The position numbers and the translations under genes were made by a program. This document shows positions 43,246-58,390 of a stretch of 64,000 nt of DNA, one piece after another. The DNA comes from Eledone cirrhosa. Lineage: Eukaryota. A model generated the notes under the pieces. It searched no databases. It was not told the DNA's origin and worked only from the letters and a program-made list of their open reading frames with translations. Numbering within the stretch: the first letter of the stretch is position 1; the number at the start of each line of letters is the position of its first letter. The DNA lies in NCBI GenBank assembly GCA_964016885.1, contig OZ024751.1:49414001-49478000 (forward strand). The letters are read 5' to 3'.

Positions 43246-43680
43246 AGAAAAAACATAAATATTATATATATAAAAAAACATAAATATTGTATCTATAAAA
43301 ATAAAAAGTTGGGAATACGACAAATAATAAATAAAAAATAATTATAAAAGGGTATAAATGTTTATAGCTGATTTAAATCACTCTATGTAATTATGCATAT
43401 ACACACACATACATATACATATATATATACATATATATACACACACGCACACACAAACACAACCAATACACACACACATACATACACATACATACATATA
43501 CGCATATATATATACACACACACATAGGAAAAAGTATGACCCCACGGTGAGCTCAAGCCGTTTCTGAGGCTATTATATATATACACACAAAACCATTATA
43601 TAAAAATACATATACACGCACAAATATACACACGCCCACACACACACATTATATCTATATATACACACATACATACACAC

Positions 43681-43809
<129 letters not shown>

Positions 43810-43895
43810 GCACAAATACAACAGAAGCATATAAAATACAATTATATATATATATACATATACATACAGATAAATATAAACATACATACACACAC

Positions 43896-43941
<46 letters not shown>

Positions 43942-43943
43942 GC

Positions 43944-43987
<44 letters not shown>

Positions 43988-44220
43988 TAAATATCTAAAA
44001 ATAAAAAAATTGGGTATGTGAAGGGTAAGACAGCAAGTAAGGGGGAAAATAAAGAAAATAAATGACATAGGAAAAGGTTTAAATATAAGGGGAGATAAGG
44101 GAGAAAGAGAATACGAGAGTACAGAAAGTGAATTCAGAAGGTAAAAAAACCGTAGTGGATGTAATGCGTAGAAAGCAAAGAAGGAGTTCAAGGTGGTTGA
44201 GTTATCGTAGGAATGCCACA

Positions 44221-45690
44221 TCAGTTACAGATCAGATGTGATTTCAGGTGAGGACAACATCTGAAGATCTCGGTCTTTGAGTTCAGGCAAGCAGAAGTGG
44301 CTTTCAAGTTTTGTAAAATCCTAAATTTTTCAGTGGTACACAAAGAACAATTCTTTGTGCCCCTTTGGTACTTCCTCGAATGGTATAAAATAGACCAATC
44401 GATAGAGTACGGGATGTTTTTATCCTTGAATTCCCACAATTTACTTGCGAGGGCCGTTGCTTTTCTTTTATCGGAGTGCTTAAAAGAAGCGACATGTGCA
44501 TAAAACCTGGTTTTAAACCTGTCCTGGGTTCATGCCAACATATCGGTCACTCCTGGCTGGCTGGTTGTTGATTAAAGGTATCACTTTGGCCTCATATACA
44601 ACGGATTTGGTGTTACATTTGCCCTGTAATGGGCATTCATCCGGCTTCCTGTAACTGCATCCTGGATTTATTCTCGTACGATTTGAATTAGTGATTTTAG
44701 ACTTCATTGATGGGTAACAAGAGTGACTGATCTTAACTACATTTCTATTAAATATCTTATAATATCTATGATTAGGAGGAAAATGTTTATCTAAGAGGTC
44801 AAGGAATTTCCTTCCTACATTAGTTTTGACAGTTAGCGAGAAGGGGGTTGTAAACCAAATAATTTTCCTTTTCCTATTATTGTGGTTAGTTTTAGGGGGG
44901 GGGGGGGGGTAAATAATTAATTTGTTCTGTAAATCCGCTGTTATTAAGGGCTTTATTATAATAAGCGGCGGCTTTATTAAAAATGTCTAGAGACGAAGAT
45001 AAGGTAGAAATCCTACGGCTAATGTTTGGAATAAGATTTTTAAAAACTATAGGGTGATGGCAAGACTCTTTGTGTATATATCTAACATTTTCGTCAGGTT
45101 TATGATAAGGTTTAAAAGAGGCAGTAAGTAGATCAAGATTAATGTAAAGAAAGTTAGCATTGGTAAGGTTCGTATCTATAGTAATTTTAAGGTTAAGATT
45201 AGTAAAAGTATTGATTAAATCTTTACGGAATTTATCAAGGTTATGGCCGTTGGTGGTATGAGAAACTGCAAATCCGTCGTCACGGTATAAACCGATATTA
45301 TGGGAAGGAAATTTCTCTTTGAGGGTGTGGAGAAGGAATAATCCTACTAAGTCACACACATCCGCACTGTAATATGAACCCATTGCAACATCGAAAGAGT
45401 TTTCAGAGTTTGACTTTTTAACCCAAATAATTGCATTAGTAAAGAGGAAAGTTTTTCTAGCATGAAAGATAATGTCTTCTTCTAATTTAGAAATATTAAT
45501 GAAAGGGTCTTGCAAACTCTAAGGCATTAGTTAATAAGGAAAGAGTAATAGTGGGGTAAAATTCAACAATATCAAATTGGGTAAATCTACACTTATTTTT
45601 ACCTTGTATATTATTAAACCAAGAAATAACAGAGAATGTATTTAACCATTAGTTCTAATTTGGAGAATTATTTTTCTTAAGATTTTTTTA
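44221..45690 (-). pseudogene. PLE reverse transcriptase plus C-terminal GIY-YIG endonuclease, frameshifted
   Basis: FDIVEFYPTI, FDVAMGS, IGLYRDDG, RKRKIIWF..PFS..VKTNVG, CPLQGKC..VVY..RYVG, CSLCTTEK, LNSKTEIFRCCPH. Frameshifts near 45510, at the poly-G 44895-44909 and near 44520. Confidence 0.9.
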
Positions 45691-45770
45691 CTTGCAAGGC
45701 CAAGATACAATATTTATATTTATAGATACAATATTTATGTTTTTTTATATATATAATATTTGTTTTTTCT

Positions 45771-45808
<38 letters not shown>

Positions 45809-45839
45809 CATATGTATGTGTATGTATATGTGTGTGTAG

Positions 45840-45877
<38 letters not shown>

Positions 45878-45989
45878 GTATTTTAGAGTTAAACAAGGTT
45901 CATATGAATACATCTAAGAATGAGTTTTACGCATACTTATGTGTGTTTGTATTTGTATGTATGTGTTTGTGATATGTATGTATGTATGG

Positions 45990-46095
<106 letters not shown>

Positions 46096-46470
46096 GTGTA
46101 TATGGTTATGTGTGTGTATATATATGTGTATGCGTATGTATGTGTATATGTAATTGTATATGTATGTGTACGTGCAATTGTGTGTATTGCTTACCACGTG
46201 TGTTTGTTCATTTATTTGTTGCCTGTATCGCTGTCAATAATAATTTTTATATTCATTTTTTTGACGGTATTTTTATTATTATATTTTTTCTTATAATTAT
46301 TTGTGTGTGTGAGTATGTAGGTGTGTGTACATATTTCTATATTTGTGCATGCGTATGTATGCGTGTATATATGTGTGTATGTATGTGTATATAGGTGTGT
46401 ATATATGTATGATTGTGTGTATGTATGTATGTCTGTGTATATATGTATGTATGTGTATGTATGTGTGTAT

Positions 46471-46502
<32 letters not shown>

Positions 46503-46869
46503 GTGTGTATATATGTATATATATATATTTATATATATATATATATACATGTGTCTGTGTGTGTATGCATGTTTGTGTATTTGTATGTATGTGTATGTAT
46601 GGATATGTTGATATATATGTGTGTATGTATGTATGTGTATATGTATGTGTATGTATATATATATACACATATATATGTGTGTGTGTTTATGTGTGTATGT
46701 ATATATGTGTGTATGTGTATATATGTGTATGTATATAATTGTGTGTGTGTGTGTCTGTGCGTGTGCATGTGTGTTTATTTTTCCTTTCCTTCTTCCTTTT
46801 CCAGTCTCACTTTCATATAGATTATATTTTTGTTTTTAAAATCCAATGCCAATAAATACACCAGGATTT

Positions 46870-46930
46870 TTTCATTCTGATGATTGAAAGCAAAATTTGT
46901 TTGCTTTTAAGAAACCACTGGTAAATGAAA
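46870..46930 (+). ncRNA. Hammerhead ribozyme in the inverted pseudo-LTR
   Basis: Same as 42058-42118, with stem III ACC-ACU-GGU and a GUA triplet. Confidence 0.9.
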
Positions 46931-47024
46931 TGATTGCCTTATGTTGTTTATTTCATAACTATTAAGCTCTGTTATTTACATAGAGCACTCTTTTTTCCTG
47001 GACCTTTCCGACGGAATTACTTCA

Positions 47025-47119
<95 letters not shown>

Positions 47120-47519
47120 TATGAAACACATCATAAACACTATCATCTTATTTTTCCTCTTCATTATCTCCATTATCACCATTATCATCATCTTCATCAA
47201 CTCTGTCATCGTAAGTTTTCAGGATATGCACACACAAAGAAAATTTATCTATATATTATCTCCATCACATTCTTGTTCCCATCCCCGACTCAGATATATC
47301 TTTCATATGAGAACCGTTGTTAATATTTTCATTATGATATTGTTTTTGTTGTTATTGATGTTATCTGCGTTTGTTGCTATCGACGTTATTGTTGTTGTAT
47401 TGTTATCATATGAAACATTATTATTTTATGTCAGAATACATGATAATAATTATTGCTATTCTTCCCCCACTTCTTCTTCTTCTTCTTATTATTATTATTA
47501 TTATTATTGTTATTGTTAT

Positions 47520-50161
47520 TCCTTGAATCTCAGTCATTGATGTTGGTTAACTGGAAAGTCCGTTGGATTGAATATCAAGCCACTACCTGCAGCCTCAGAT
47601 ATTCAGGACGTATCGGAGGGTTCTTGCTGTTCCAAGCAAGCATGCCTTTTGAAGCGTTCCAAAAAGCGTGAAGGGGCCGATTTTCTTTAACCATCCCTGG
47701 AAACCTTTGGAGATAGTCCCCAGTGCGCCTATGACAATCGGGATCACTTTGACTTCATGGCAGTTCCAAATCCTTTTCACCTCCCACTTTAGGTCCTGGT
47801 ATCGGCTAATTTTCTCCCTCTCCTTCTCTTGCACTCTCGTGTCGAACGGGCAGGCCACATCCACAATCAGGCACGATCTTTTTTCTTTGTCCACAACCAC
47901 CAGGTCAGGTCTATTGTGTTCCAGTTTTTTGTCCGTCTGTATCCTAAAATCCCACAGCACCTTCACCTGACTGTTCTCCATCCCCGCCTCTGGCCTATGC
48001 TCATACCATTTCTCAGAATGTGGTAGATTGTTTACTTTGCACAGGTGCCAGTGGATCACCCTGCCCATCACATCGTGTCTCCAGCCCTTATAGTGGGTCT
48101 GGGCTAGGTGTTTACACTCGGACACAATGTGAGCCACAGTCTCCTCTCTCTCTCCACAGATCCTGCACAGTGGGCTAGCCTCCTCCTTGTAGATATGGTG
48201 CTTCAACCACTTCGTTTTGAGGGCCTGCTCCTGCGCAGCCATTAGCATTCCTTCTGTAGCCTTTTTGAGGTCTCCTCTTCTCAACCAGTTCCATGTCTGT
48301 GGATCTCTAAATTCAGTTTTCTCAAAGAAGGTACTATGAAGGGATTTTCCCTTAAGGCTGCTCTTCCTCCTTGATGTTATTTCCTCCTTGGACATCCCCT
48401 GGCCTACTGTCCCCTCCTTCAGTACAGTTCTGAGCATTGGCTCCTTACTATAGGTCACGTATTTGTATAGGTTGTTTTTCTCCATCTGAACACAGTCCTC
48501 TATGCTGATAAGACCTCTTCCACCCTCAGATCTCCTTAGGTAGAGTCTATCGACATCACTCCTCTTGTGGAACATGTTGTAGATAGTCAATAGCTTCCTA
48601 GTCTTCCTATCCATTTCTTTTTGTTCAGCAACATTCCATCTCAGAATTCCCGCACTGTACCTAATAATGGACACAGCTCGGGAATTTACTGCGCTTATGG
48701 CATTTCTGCTGTTCAGATGTGACTTCAATACGCTCCTTACTCTCCGATGTATTCAGTTCTTAACAATTCCTTCATTTTTTTGTTCTTTATGCCATCAGCC
48801 TCCAGAACGCCCAAATACTTGTATCCTTCCTCAGAGTCAATTTCCTTTATCATCTCACCTGTTGGTATCTGGATCCCGTTACTTCTGCTCAACCTACCCC
48901 TCTTCATCACAATGACTCCACATTTACCAATACCAAACTGCATACATATATCACTGCTGAAAATACGGACAGTGTCAACAAGCACATCCAACTCCTTCTC
49001 ACTTTTCCCGAAGAGCTTAAGATCGTCCATGAAGAGGAGGTGATTGATGGTAAGCTCTCCCCTTCCCAACTTGTATCCTGCTCTCACTTTTCGCAGCATA
49101 ATGGTCAAGGGCATCAGGGCAAGGACAAACAACAGAGGGGACAGGCTATCTCCCTGGAAGATACCTCTCTTGATCTTCACGCTTCCCAAGGATACTCCAG
49201 TTGATGTCAACTCTGTCTCCCAGGACCCCATACTCCTGCCCAGCAACTGTCTGATGTTATCTGCCACCCTGAAGACCTCCAGGCTTTTGGTGATCCAGGA
49301 ATGAGGCACCATGTCAAATGCCTTTCTGTAGTCTATCCATCCCATGGCAAGATCAGTGTGTCTCCTCCTGCAATTCCCCATTACCATCTTATCAATAAGC
49401 AACTGGTCCTTTGTACCACGTGACTTCTTTCGGCATCCTTTCTGTTCGTCCGGTAACAAGTTGTTTGTGTGGAGGTGATGGTAGATTTCCTCAGACACAA
49501 TGCTCGTCAACAGTTTCCACATTACGGGCAGACATGTGATAGGTCTATAGTTGGTAACATCATTACCCTTGATTCGGTCTTTCATTATCAGAACTGTGGT
49601 ACCTTTTGTCAACCACTCTGGCACCTCACCCGACACCAAACAGTCATTGAACATGGCCGTCAGCTTCGGGTGGAGGGATGTTAAATGTTTAATCCAATAC
49701 CCCTGCACACCATCTGGGCCTGGCGATTTCCAGTTGGTTAGTTTTTTGGCTTGCCCCTTAAGAGTTTCAACTGTGATACTCAAATCAGTCTGTTGTTGTG
49801 CCTGCTCACCGATCTCCCTCTGTACTGTCTCAATCCACCCTGCCTGGGCATTGTGTCTAACATCCTGCTCCCATATTCCTCTCCAGAATGTTTTAGCTTG
49901 TTCCGCCCCAGGGATCAAGTCGTTGCCTCTTTGTTTCCCCTCAAGCTGTCCAAACACCATCTTCTGGTTGTTGTCGAACATGCGGTTCTGTTTATACTGA
50001 CTGACTCTGTTCTCGTATCGCCTGATTTTGGCACTCTTTGCTACAATGCGTTGCTTCAATTCCTCTATGATAATATTTAGCTTTTTACTCCTAGTTTTGT
50101 ATTTTATTTCCAGTCTATTTTTAGTGCCTATGTTTTTTAGTGTCCCATTCAGTAGTGACTC

Positions 50162-50162
<1 letters not shown>
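47520..50162 (-). mobile_element. R4/Dong-type non-LTR retrotransposon, family 1, 5'-truncated, one frameshift near 48735
   Basis: RT (NYRPITCL, WIDYRKAFD, GIFQGDSLSP, FMDD), CCHC CRICGEREETVAHIVSEC, RHD, RPDL..DVACP..EK endonuclease. The 3' end abuts (TAA)n. Confidence 0.92.
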
Positions 50163-50212
<50 letters not shown>

Positions 50213-50215
<3 letters not shown>

Positions 50216-52292
50216 AGTTGCATTTATCTTGCTTTATGTTCATACGAGTTATCACCAAGTCACAACCAGTGACCTCAAGAGACAACAAGGTCCGCCATGT
50301 TCAAGAAAGAACATACATACTCACACATGCATCTTTAGTGTTTAGACTTGTGATGTACTTATATTGACAGAATCTTCCTTAGTATATGGGCAGTTCCCAT
50401 TAGTACTATCTTTTGTATTTCTCCTATACGCGGGTTTCCTGGGATTTGCGATAAGTAATCATTAGACCCCTTAGATATCATTCCCAGAGCGCCTAAAACC
50501 ACTGTACAAATACTTGCTCAATTTTTCAAATGTTTTTATAGATACATTCTTGTCTATTGGAACAGACATATCAATTAGCAGGCATACCCTCTTTTTAAAG
50601 TCCTTCAATATTATATCAGGTCTATTTGCATCTATTTTTCGGTCTGTTTGGATGCTAAAGTTCCACAAGATTGAGATGTGATCTTTTTCAAGTATGGGAG
50701 GTGGTTGATGCTCCCACCAATTCTTTTGATGGGGCATATCAAAATGCTTACACATTATCCAATGTATGTATTGTGCAGCTCTGTCATGCCTGTTTAGGTA
50801 TTCGGTTGGAGCTATGGGACTGCACATTGAAATTATATGGTCAATGGTCTCTGGTTGTTTTTTGCATACACGGCATAATGGGCTGCATCCATTTTTTATT
50901 ATGTTGGCTTGGTAATTTTTTGTTGGCAGACACTGATCTTGTGCTGATATAATCAGTCCTTCAGTCTCCAATTTCAGTCCAGAGGATGCCAACCACTGAT
51001 GGGTTAAAGTTTTGTCAACATCAGGATTGTTAGCTCGCTCTGGGTATTTTCCATACAGAGGCTTTTCTTGCCATTTCTTAGCCAGTTTCTGTAGCAGTTC
51101 TTTCTTTGCAGTTACTTTTACCTGCTTTGCTTTTTCTGTGTTTTCCATTTCAGCAGTAAATGGGACTTCTGAAATTTGTAGTCCATTACTGTATCTTTGT
51201 GCATCTTTTGTAATGGAATATGATCTTTTGATGCTTTCGTGTTTCAAAACGAGTTTGATCATCCAATCATGTGATTCCCTTAGATATGTAGATAATCCAA
51301 TTGTTGCAGTTTTCAACGCAATGTCTAACTGGATTAACCCACGTCCTCCTTCTTTCCTAGGGAGATATATTCTATCTGTATCTGCCTTAGGGTGATGCAT
51401 TCTGTGCATGGTTAAGAATTTTAGAATTTTTGTATCGAGCCTACGGATCTCTGTGCTTGACCAGTTGATGGCATTGTAACTGTAGGTTACTACTGGTATG
51501 GCAAGCGTGTTTATGGCATCGATCCTATTCCTTGCATTCAATTGCGTTCTTAAGATTGCTCTTACTCTGCGGTAACATTCCTTCCTTATCCTTTCCCTCA
51601 TTGTCGAGTGCTTGATTCCGTCTCCTTCACAAACACCTAGATATTTGTAAGTTTTTTCTTGATCAAGTTCTCTTATCACGTTCCCCCGATCAAGATTAAT
51701 GTCTGAACTCCTCAGCAGCTTTCCTCTTGTGAACGTAGCTTTGGCGCATTTATCTAGTCCAAACTCCGTTTTAATGTCATCACTGAACTGCTCCACAGTG
51801 GATAATAGCCCTTGCAATTGTTCATAATTTTTTTGCAAATAGTTTCAGGTCATCCATGTAGAACAAGTGATTAATGGTTTTGTCATAGACTTTATAACAT
51901 GTTTTGTTTCATTGAGCATTTTACTTAATGGTATAAGTGCGATGCAGAATAAAAGCAGTGATAAAGAGACACCCTGAAAAATACCACAATTAATATTAAC
52001 TCCTCCAGCTTCCAGTGATTGTGTTTCACTATTCAAAAGGAGTGTCGTTTTCCATGTCTTCATACTGAATGACAAAAACCTCCTGACAACGGGGGATATT
52101 TTGAAAATCTCTAAACATTTTTCAATCCAACTGTGTGGCAAACTATCGAATGCTTTTTTATAATCTATTCAAGCAATTGATAGATTTTTGTGTCTATTAT
52201 GACAATCTTCCAGTATCATTTTGTTAACCAAAAGCTGATCCTTACAGCCATATGAGCCTCGTTTACACCCTTTCTGCTCAATGGGAAATAGG
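50213..52292 (-). mobile_element. R4/Dong-type retrotransposon, family 2 copy A (pseudogenised, internal deletion near 50505)
   Basis: GCKDQLL, GIFQG, YMDD, CRVC..H..C, RHD, RPDII..DMSVP. (TAA)n at 50166-50213. Confidence 0.9.
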
Positions 52293-52322
<30 letters not shown>

Positions 52323-52324
<2 letters not shown>

Positions 52325-54120
52325 AGTTGCATTTATCTTGCTTTATGTTCATACGAGCTATCACCAAGTCACAACCAGTGACCTCAAGAGACAACAAGGT
52401 CCGCCATGTTCAAGAAAGAACATACATACTCACACATGCATCTTTAGTGTTTAGACTTGTGATGTACTTATGTTGACAGAATCTTCCTTAGTATATGGGC
52501 AGTTCCCATTAGTACTATCTTTTCTATTTCTCCTATACGCGGGTTTCCTGGGATTTGCGATAAGTAATCATTAGACCCCATACGTATCATTCCCAGAGCG
52601 CCTACAACCACTGGTATTGTTTTAGTTCTCAATTTCCACATTTTTCCAATTTCTATCTCCAGGTCCTTATACTTGCTCAATTTTTCAAATGTTTTTATAG
52701 ATACATTCTTGTCTATTGGAACAGACATATCAATTAGCAGGCATACCCTCTTTTTAAAGTCCTTCAGTATTATATCAGGTCTATTTGCATCTATTTTTCG
52801 GTCTGTTTGGATGCTAAAGTTCCACAAGATTGAGATGTGATCTTTTTCAAGTATGGGAGGTGGTTGATGCTCCCACCAATTCTTTTGATGGGGCATGTCA
52901 AACTGCTTACACATTATCCAATGTATGTATTGTGCAGCTCTGTCATGCCTGTTTAGGTATACGGTTGGAGCTATAGGACTGCACATTGAAATTATATGGT
53001 CAATGGTCTCTGGTTGTTTTTTGCATACACGGCATAATGGGCTGCATCCATTTTTTATTATGTTGGCTTGGTAATTTTTTGTTGGCAGACACTGATCTTG
53101 TGCTGATATAATTAGTCATTCAGTCTCCGATTTCAGTCCAGAGGATGCCAACCACTGATGGGTTAAAGTTTTGTCAACATCAGGATTGTTAGCTCGCTCT
53201 GGGTATTTTCCATACAGAGGCTTTTCTTGCCATTTCTTAGCCAGTTTCTGTAGCAGTTCTTTCTTTGCAGTTACTTTTACCTGCTTTGCTTTTTCTGTGT
53301 TTTCCATTTCAGCAGTAAATGGGACTTCTGAAATTTGTAGTCCATTACTGTATCTTTGTGCATCTTTTGTAATGGAATATGATCTTTTGATGCTTTCGTG
53401 TTTCAAAACGAGTTTGATCATCCAATCATGTGATTTCCTTAGATATGTAGATAATCCAATTGTTGCAGTTTTCAACGCAATATCTAACTGGATTAACCCA
53501 CGTCCTCCTTCTTTCCTAGGGAGATATATTCTGTCTATATCTGCCTTAGGATGATGCATTCTGTGCATGGTTAAGAATTTTAGAATTTTTGTATCGAGCC
53601 TACGGATCTCTGTGCTTGACCAGTTGATGGCATTGTAACTGTAGGTTACTACTGGTATGGCAAGCGTGTTTATGGCATCGATCCTATTCCTTGCATTCAA
53701 TTGCGTTCTTAAGATTGCTCTTACTCTGCGGTAACATTCCTTCCTTATCCTTTCCCTCATTGTCGAGTGCTTGATTCCGTCTCCTTCACAAACACCTAGA
53801 TATTTGTAAGTTTTTTCTTGATCAAGTTCTCTTATCACGTTCCCCCGATCAAGATTAATGTCTGAACTCCTCAGCAGCTTTCCTCTTGTGAACGTAGCTT
53901 TGGCGCATTTATCTAGTCCAAACTCCGTTTTAATGTCATCACTGAACTGCTCCACAGTGGATAATAGCCCTTGCAATTGTTCATCATTTTTTTGCAAATA
54001 GTTTCAGGTCATCCATGTAGAACAGGTGATTAATGGTTTTGTCATAGACTTTATATCCATGTTTTGTTTCATTGAGCATTTTACTTAATGGTATAAGTGC
54101 GATGCAGAATAAAAGCGGTG
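52323..54120 (-). mobile_element. R4/Dong-type retrotransposon, family 2 copy B (premature stop at 53116)
   Basis: Near-identical to copy A with the same 3' UTR and a shorter 5' end. (TAA)n on both sides. Confidence 0.9.
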
Positions 54121-54124
54121 ATAA

Positions 54125-54125
<1 letters not shown>

Positions 54126-54182
<57 letters not shown>

Positions 54183-54620
54183 CTCTTCTTCTTTTTCTTT
54201 TTTTCTTCTTTTCTTCTTCTTTTTCTTCTTTTCTTCTTCTTTTTCTTCTTTTTTTTCTTTTTTTTCTTTTTTTTTTCTTCTTCTTCTTCTTATTATTATT
54301 ATTATTTTCTTCTTTTTCTTTTATTTCTTTTTTTTTCTTCTTCTTCTGCTTCTTCTTCTTTTTCTTCTTCTTCTTCTTCTTCTTCTTCTTCTTCTTCTTC
54401 TTCTTCTTCTGCTTCTTCTTCTTCTTCTTTTGCTTCTTCTTCTTCTTATTATTATTATTTTTATTATTTTTATTCTTTTTCTTCTTTTTCTTCTATTTCT
54501 TCTTTTTCTTCTTTTTCTTCTTTTTCTTCTTTTTCTTCTTTTTCTTCTTTTTCTTCTTCTTCTTCTTCTTCTTCTTCTTCTTCTTCTGCTTCTTCTTCTT
54601 CTTCTAGTATTATTATTATT
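54126..54620. repeat. Compound (TTA)n/(TTC)n microsatellite
   Basis: Direct inspection. Confidence 0.95.
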
Positions 54621-54624
54621 CGTG

Positions 54625-55225
54625 AATTGTCAGTATTGGTAAAGCTTCGGATTACACGCTTCCCCACATGGAGTTACGGCCCTTTACGTCTGTATTTCGA
54701 ATTTCGTGGAGGTTATCTTTACCTTTTCATCCTTGCGGGATTGATAACATAATGTAACAATGATACACTGGGGTAAATTTAATCGAATGTTCCCCTCCAA
54801 AATGGTTGGCCTGGTGCCTAAATCAGAACCCAATATTATTATAATTAATAATGATAATAATAACAATGTTTCTACTTTTGGCACACGGCCAGCAATTACC
54901 CCAGTACATTGCTGGAACTTTATTTTATCGACCCCGTAAGGATGAAAGGCAAAGTTAACCTCGGAGGGCCGTAACTCTATGCTGCAAAGCATGGTGTCTG
55001 ACGCTCTACCGATACTGCGAAACACCCCAATAATAATAATAATGATAATAATTATTTCTACTTTTGGCACAAGGCCAGCAATTATCCCAGTGCATTAATG
55101 GTACTTTTTCTGATCGACCCCGGAAGGCAAAGTTAACCTCGGCACGATTTGAACTCCTATCATAAGGGGCCGCAACTCATTGCTGCAAAACTTGGCGTCC
55201 GACCCTCTAACGATACTGCCGATCC
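54625..55225. mobile_element. SINE cluster: 54625-54830 (+), 54868-55028 (-), 55055-55225 (-)
   Basis: Same family as 992-1625. Confidence 0.75.
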
Positions 55226-55890
55226 TAATGATGAAAATAATAATAACATAATCATGACGGTAGCTAACAATCTACCTCTTTGTCTTTATTATTGTTGATG
55301 GCGCTTACAATCTGTATGTGTTTGAGAGTGTGTGTTTGTATGAATATTTATGTTTCGCTGGCGTTTAAAATATCCGCCATTTATATTCTTATTTTTAAGT
55401 GTTGCAAGCGATCTGTAATAATCTTTTTTTTAAATAATGTTTATCTTTTGTTTCTCGTATTTTCCATGTCTTTATAATAATATCTATTTCCTTACATTTT
55501 TAAAGGGAATATATTTATATATTTAATTCATATTTCGTGGTTGATGTTTGCTATTATTCCGAAATTTTGTAAAAATATAAATTATGCTATAAGCTAGTTA
55601 TAGCAAGTAGAATAAAACTAAATATCAAAACATATGTCACAATATCCGATAAACGCAATCATATATATAGGAAAATCTTTTTATATTAGAGGAAATTAAA
55701 TTTTGATGTTTTTATTTATTACATATAGTTTTTTAGCAATTACATTTTTATATTATTATTTTTCGTTTTTCAATATTTTTTTTTCTTGATTTAAATTATT
55801 TTTAGAATTCTAAGTAGACCAAATTTTATCTAGGTGCTTCACTATGTATGGATACATATACCTAATAGCTAGATTCATGGGCGTATATGC

Positions 55891-55965
<75 letters not shown>

Positions 55966-56035
55966 TATATATATTTGTATATATATATGTATATATATAA
56001 TATACGCATATATATATGTATATACATATATATAT

Positions 56036-56077
<42 letters not shown>

Positions 56078-56158
56078 TGAACTAACTGTTGTGTAACCAC
56101 TTCTATATATATATATTTATATATATATATATATATATAAATATATACATATGTATAC

Positions 56159-56218
<60 letters not shown>

Positions 56219-56258
56219 TGAACTAACTGTTGTGTAACCACTTCTATATATATATATT

Positions 56259-56293
<35 letters not shown>

Positions 56294-56876
56294 ATAAATA
56301 TATACATATGTATACATTTATATGTATATATATATATATATATATGCATATATATATACATATACATATATATGAGTGTGTGTGCCCATGTGTGTGGCCG
56401 CATGTAGAATGATAATTTTGATAGTATATTAATAGCATAGCAAAGGGTGCTGCTGGGAGGTTCACGTGAAGAGTGCTATGATAATGGAAGTACAAGGCGA
56501 TGCACAAATGAAATGTCATGGCGTACGCTATGTTTCTATAAATTTATTACAATAACTATATCTCCATTTTTCTTCGGTGTATCCTTATGAAACACCATAT
56601 CTGCTAAAATATGCATATATATATAGATGCATATATATATATATGCAGTATAGCAATATAAGGTTGCCCTTACCAATGAAACGGTCGTAAATACCTGGAT
56701 AAAATCCTTCTCTTAATGCTTACCTGTGTTTTCTCTTCTGTACTCTATACTCCAAGATTGAACGGAATTCTTACAAACTTGTGGAGTTACTCCTAACCGT
56801 ACGTTGAAACCATCCATGAAACTGGCTTTCTTAACCACGAACTGAATCACAATAAGCAATTTCCTGCTTCCCTAAC

Positions 56877-57289
<413 letters not shown>

Positions 57290-57292
<3 letters not shown>

Positions 57293-58390
57293 CATGAGAA
57301 GAAAGAAGAATACTGCGTGGTTGCACATGGGTTACATATGTTAAAATTAGTCCCGCGTCAGTGATTTGCCAACCATCATTTATATTTCATCGCATTAAAA
57401 ATCATATACCTCAGGTTGGTGCGAGCAATAACTAAAAAAAGCTATTGGGACAGGTAAATTGCGTAAAGCGAGTGAGACAAGTAAACAACATAGAAGGATA
57501 AAAGCAAGCCGAAGATAGGAAAATAAACAACCAACTTGGTTATCTGGTCAGCTTAAGCTGGGTGGATTTCATGAGCGATCAAGATACAGACCGTCCGTCG
57601 TGAGTGAGATGTGAGCAAGAAAAGATGCCACTACTAGCCAAACGGGAGGAAGTGAGAAGGGGAGAAACAGAGAGTGAGTGAGTGGAAGTGCGAGGAAGAG
57701 GTCAGTCGAGAGAAAGTGTAACTGACAGAGGGGGCGAAAGAAGGTGAGAGAAACAGAGAGAACGGGGAAGCAGTAAGAGAGAAACAGACAAACAAATGGT
57801 ATGGTTTATATATATATATATATTACCCAAACTGCAATTCTGTGTTTCTCTCTTTCTCTCTTACTGCGCCCTCGTTCTCTCTGTTTCTCTTACTTTCTTT
57901 CGTCCCCTCTGCCATGTCAGTTAACACTTTCTCTCTACTGACCTCTTCCTCGCACTCCCACTCACTCAGTCCATGTTTCTCCCCTTCTTTCTTCCTCCCG
58001 TTCGCTGTGAAAATGGTTCTCCTTCTTTCTAACACCGAATTCACTAGCGAAAGGTCTGTTTTTGACTCGCGCATATTTTCACACAGCTTATGCTGAAAGA
58101 ATAACTATGTTGCTTGTGTTTATTTCCATCTTCGGTTAGCTTCCCCCTGTGTTGTTTACTTGTCTCACTCGCTTTACGCGTTTCTATTGTCCTAATAACT
58201 TATTTTAGTTAATATCGCTCCAACGTGAGGTATATGATTTTTAATGCGATGAAATACCCATGATCGTTTGGTAAATCACTGATGAGGGACTCATTTTATA
58301 ACATGTTATCCATGTGCAACCAGCAGTATTCTTCTCACCCATATTTTTCATGTATATATATATATATATATAAACCATACCATTTGTACT
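57290..58390. mobile_element. Two diverged copies of one ~520-bp family in inverted orientation around a (TA)n
   Basis: 57290-57800 aligns to the reverse complement of 57840-58350 with many substitutions. Related to 7808-8187. Confidence 0.7.

Noticed and set aside
44221-44707. Selenocysteine recoding in the Naiad-type endonuclease
   Set aside because: No in-frame TGA seen at the conserved Cys positions in this copy.
47668-53554. Plus-strand ORFs overlapping the LINEs
   Set aside because: Antisense shadows of RT coding sequence.
54072-54752. Leu/Phe/Ser-rich membrane-like protein ORFs
   Set aside because: Trinucleotide microsatellite.
56076-56320. 141-bp direct duplication with GGTGAACTAACTGTTGTGTAACCACTTC
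   Set aside because: Most simply slippage or duplication within (TA)n. No functional motif seen.
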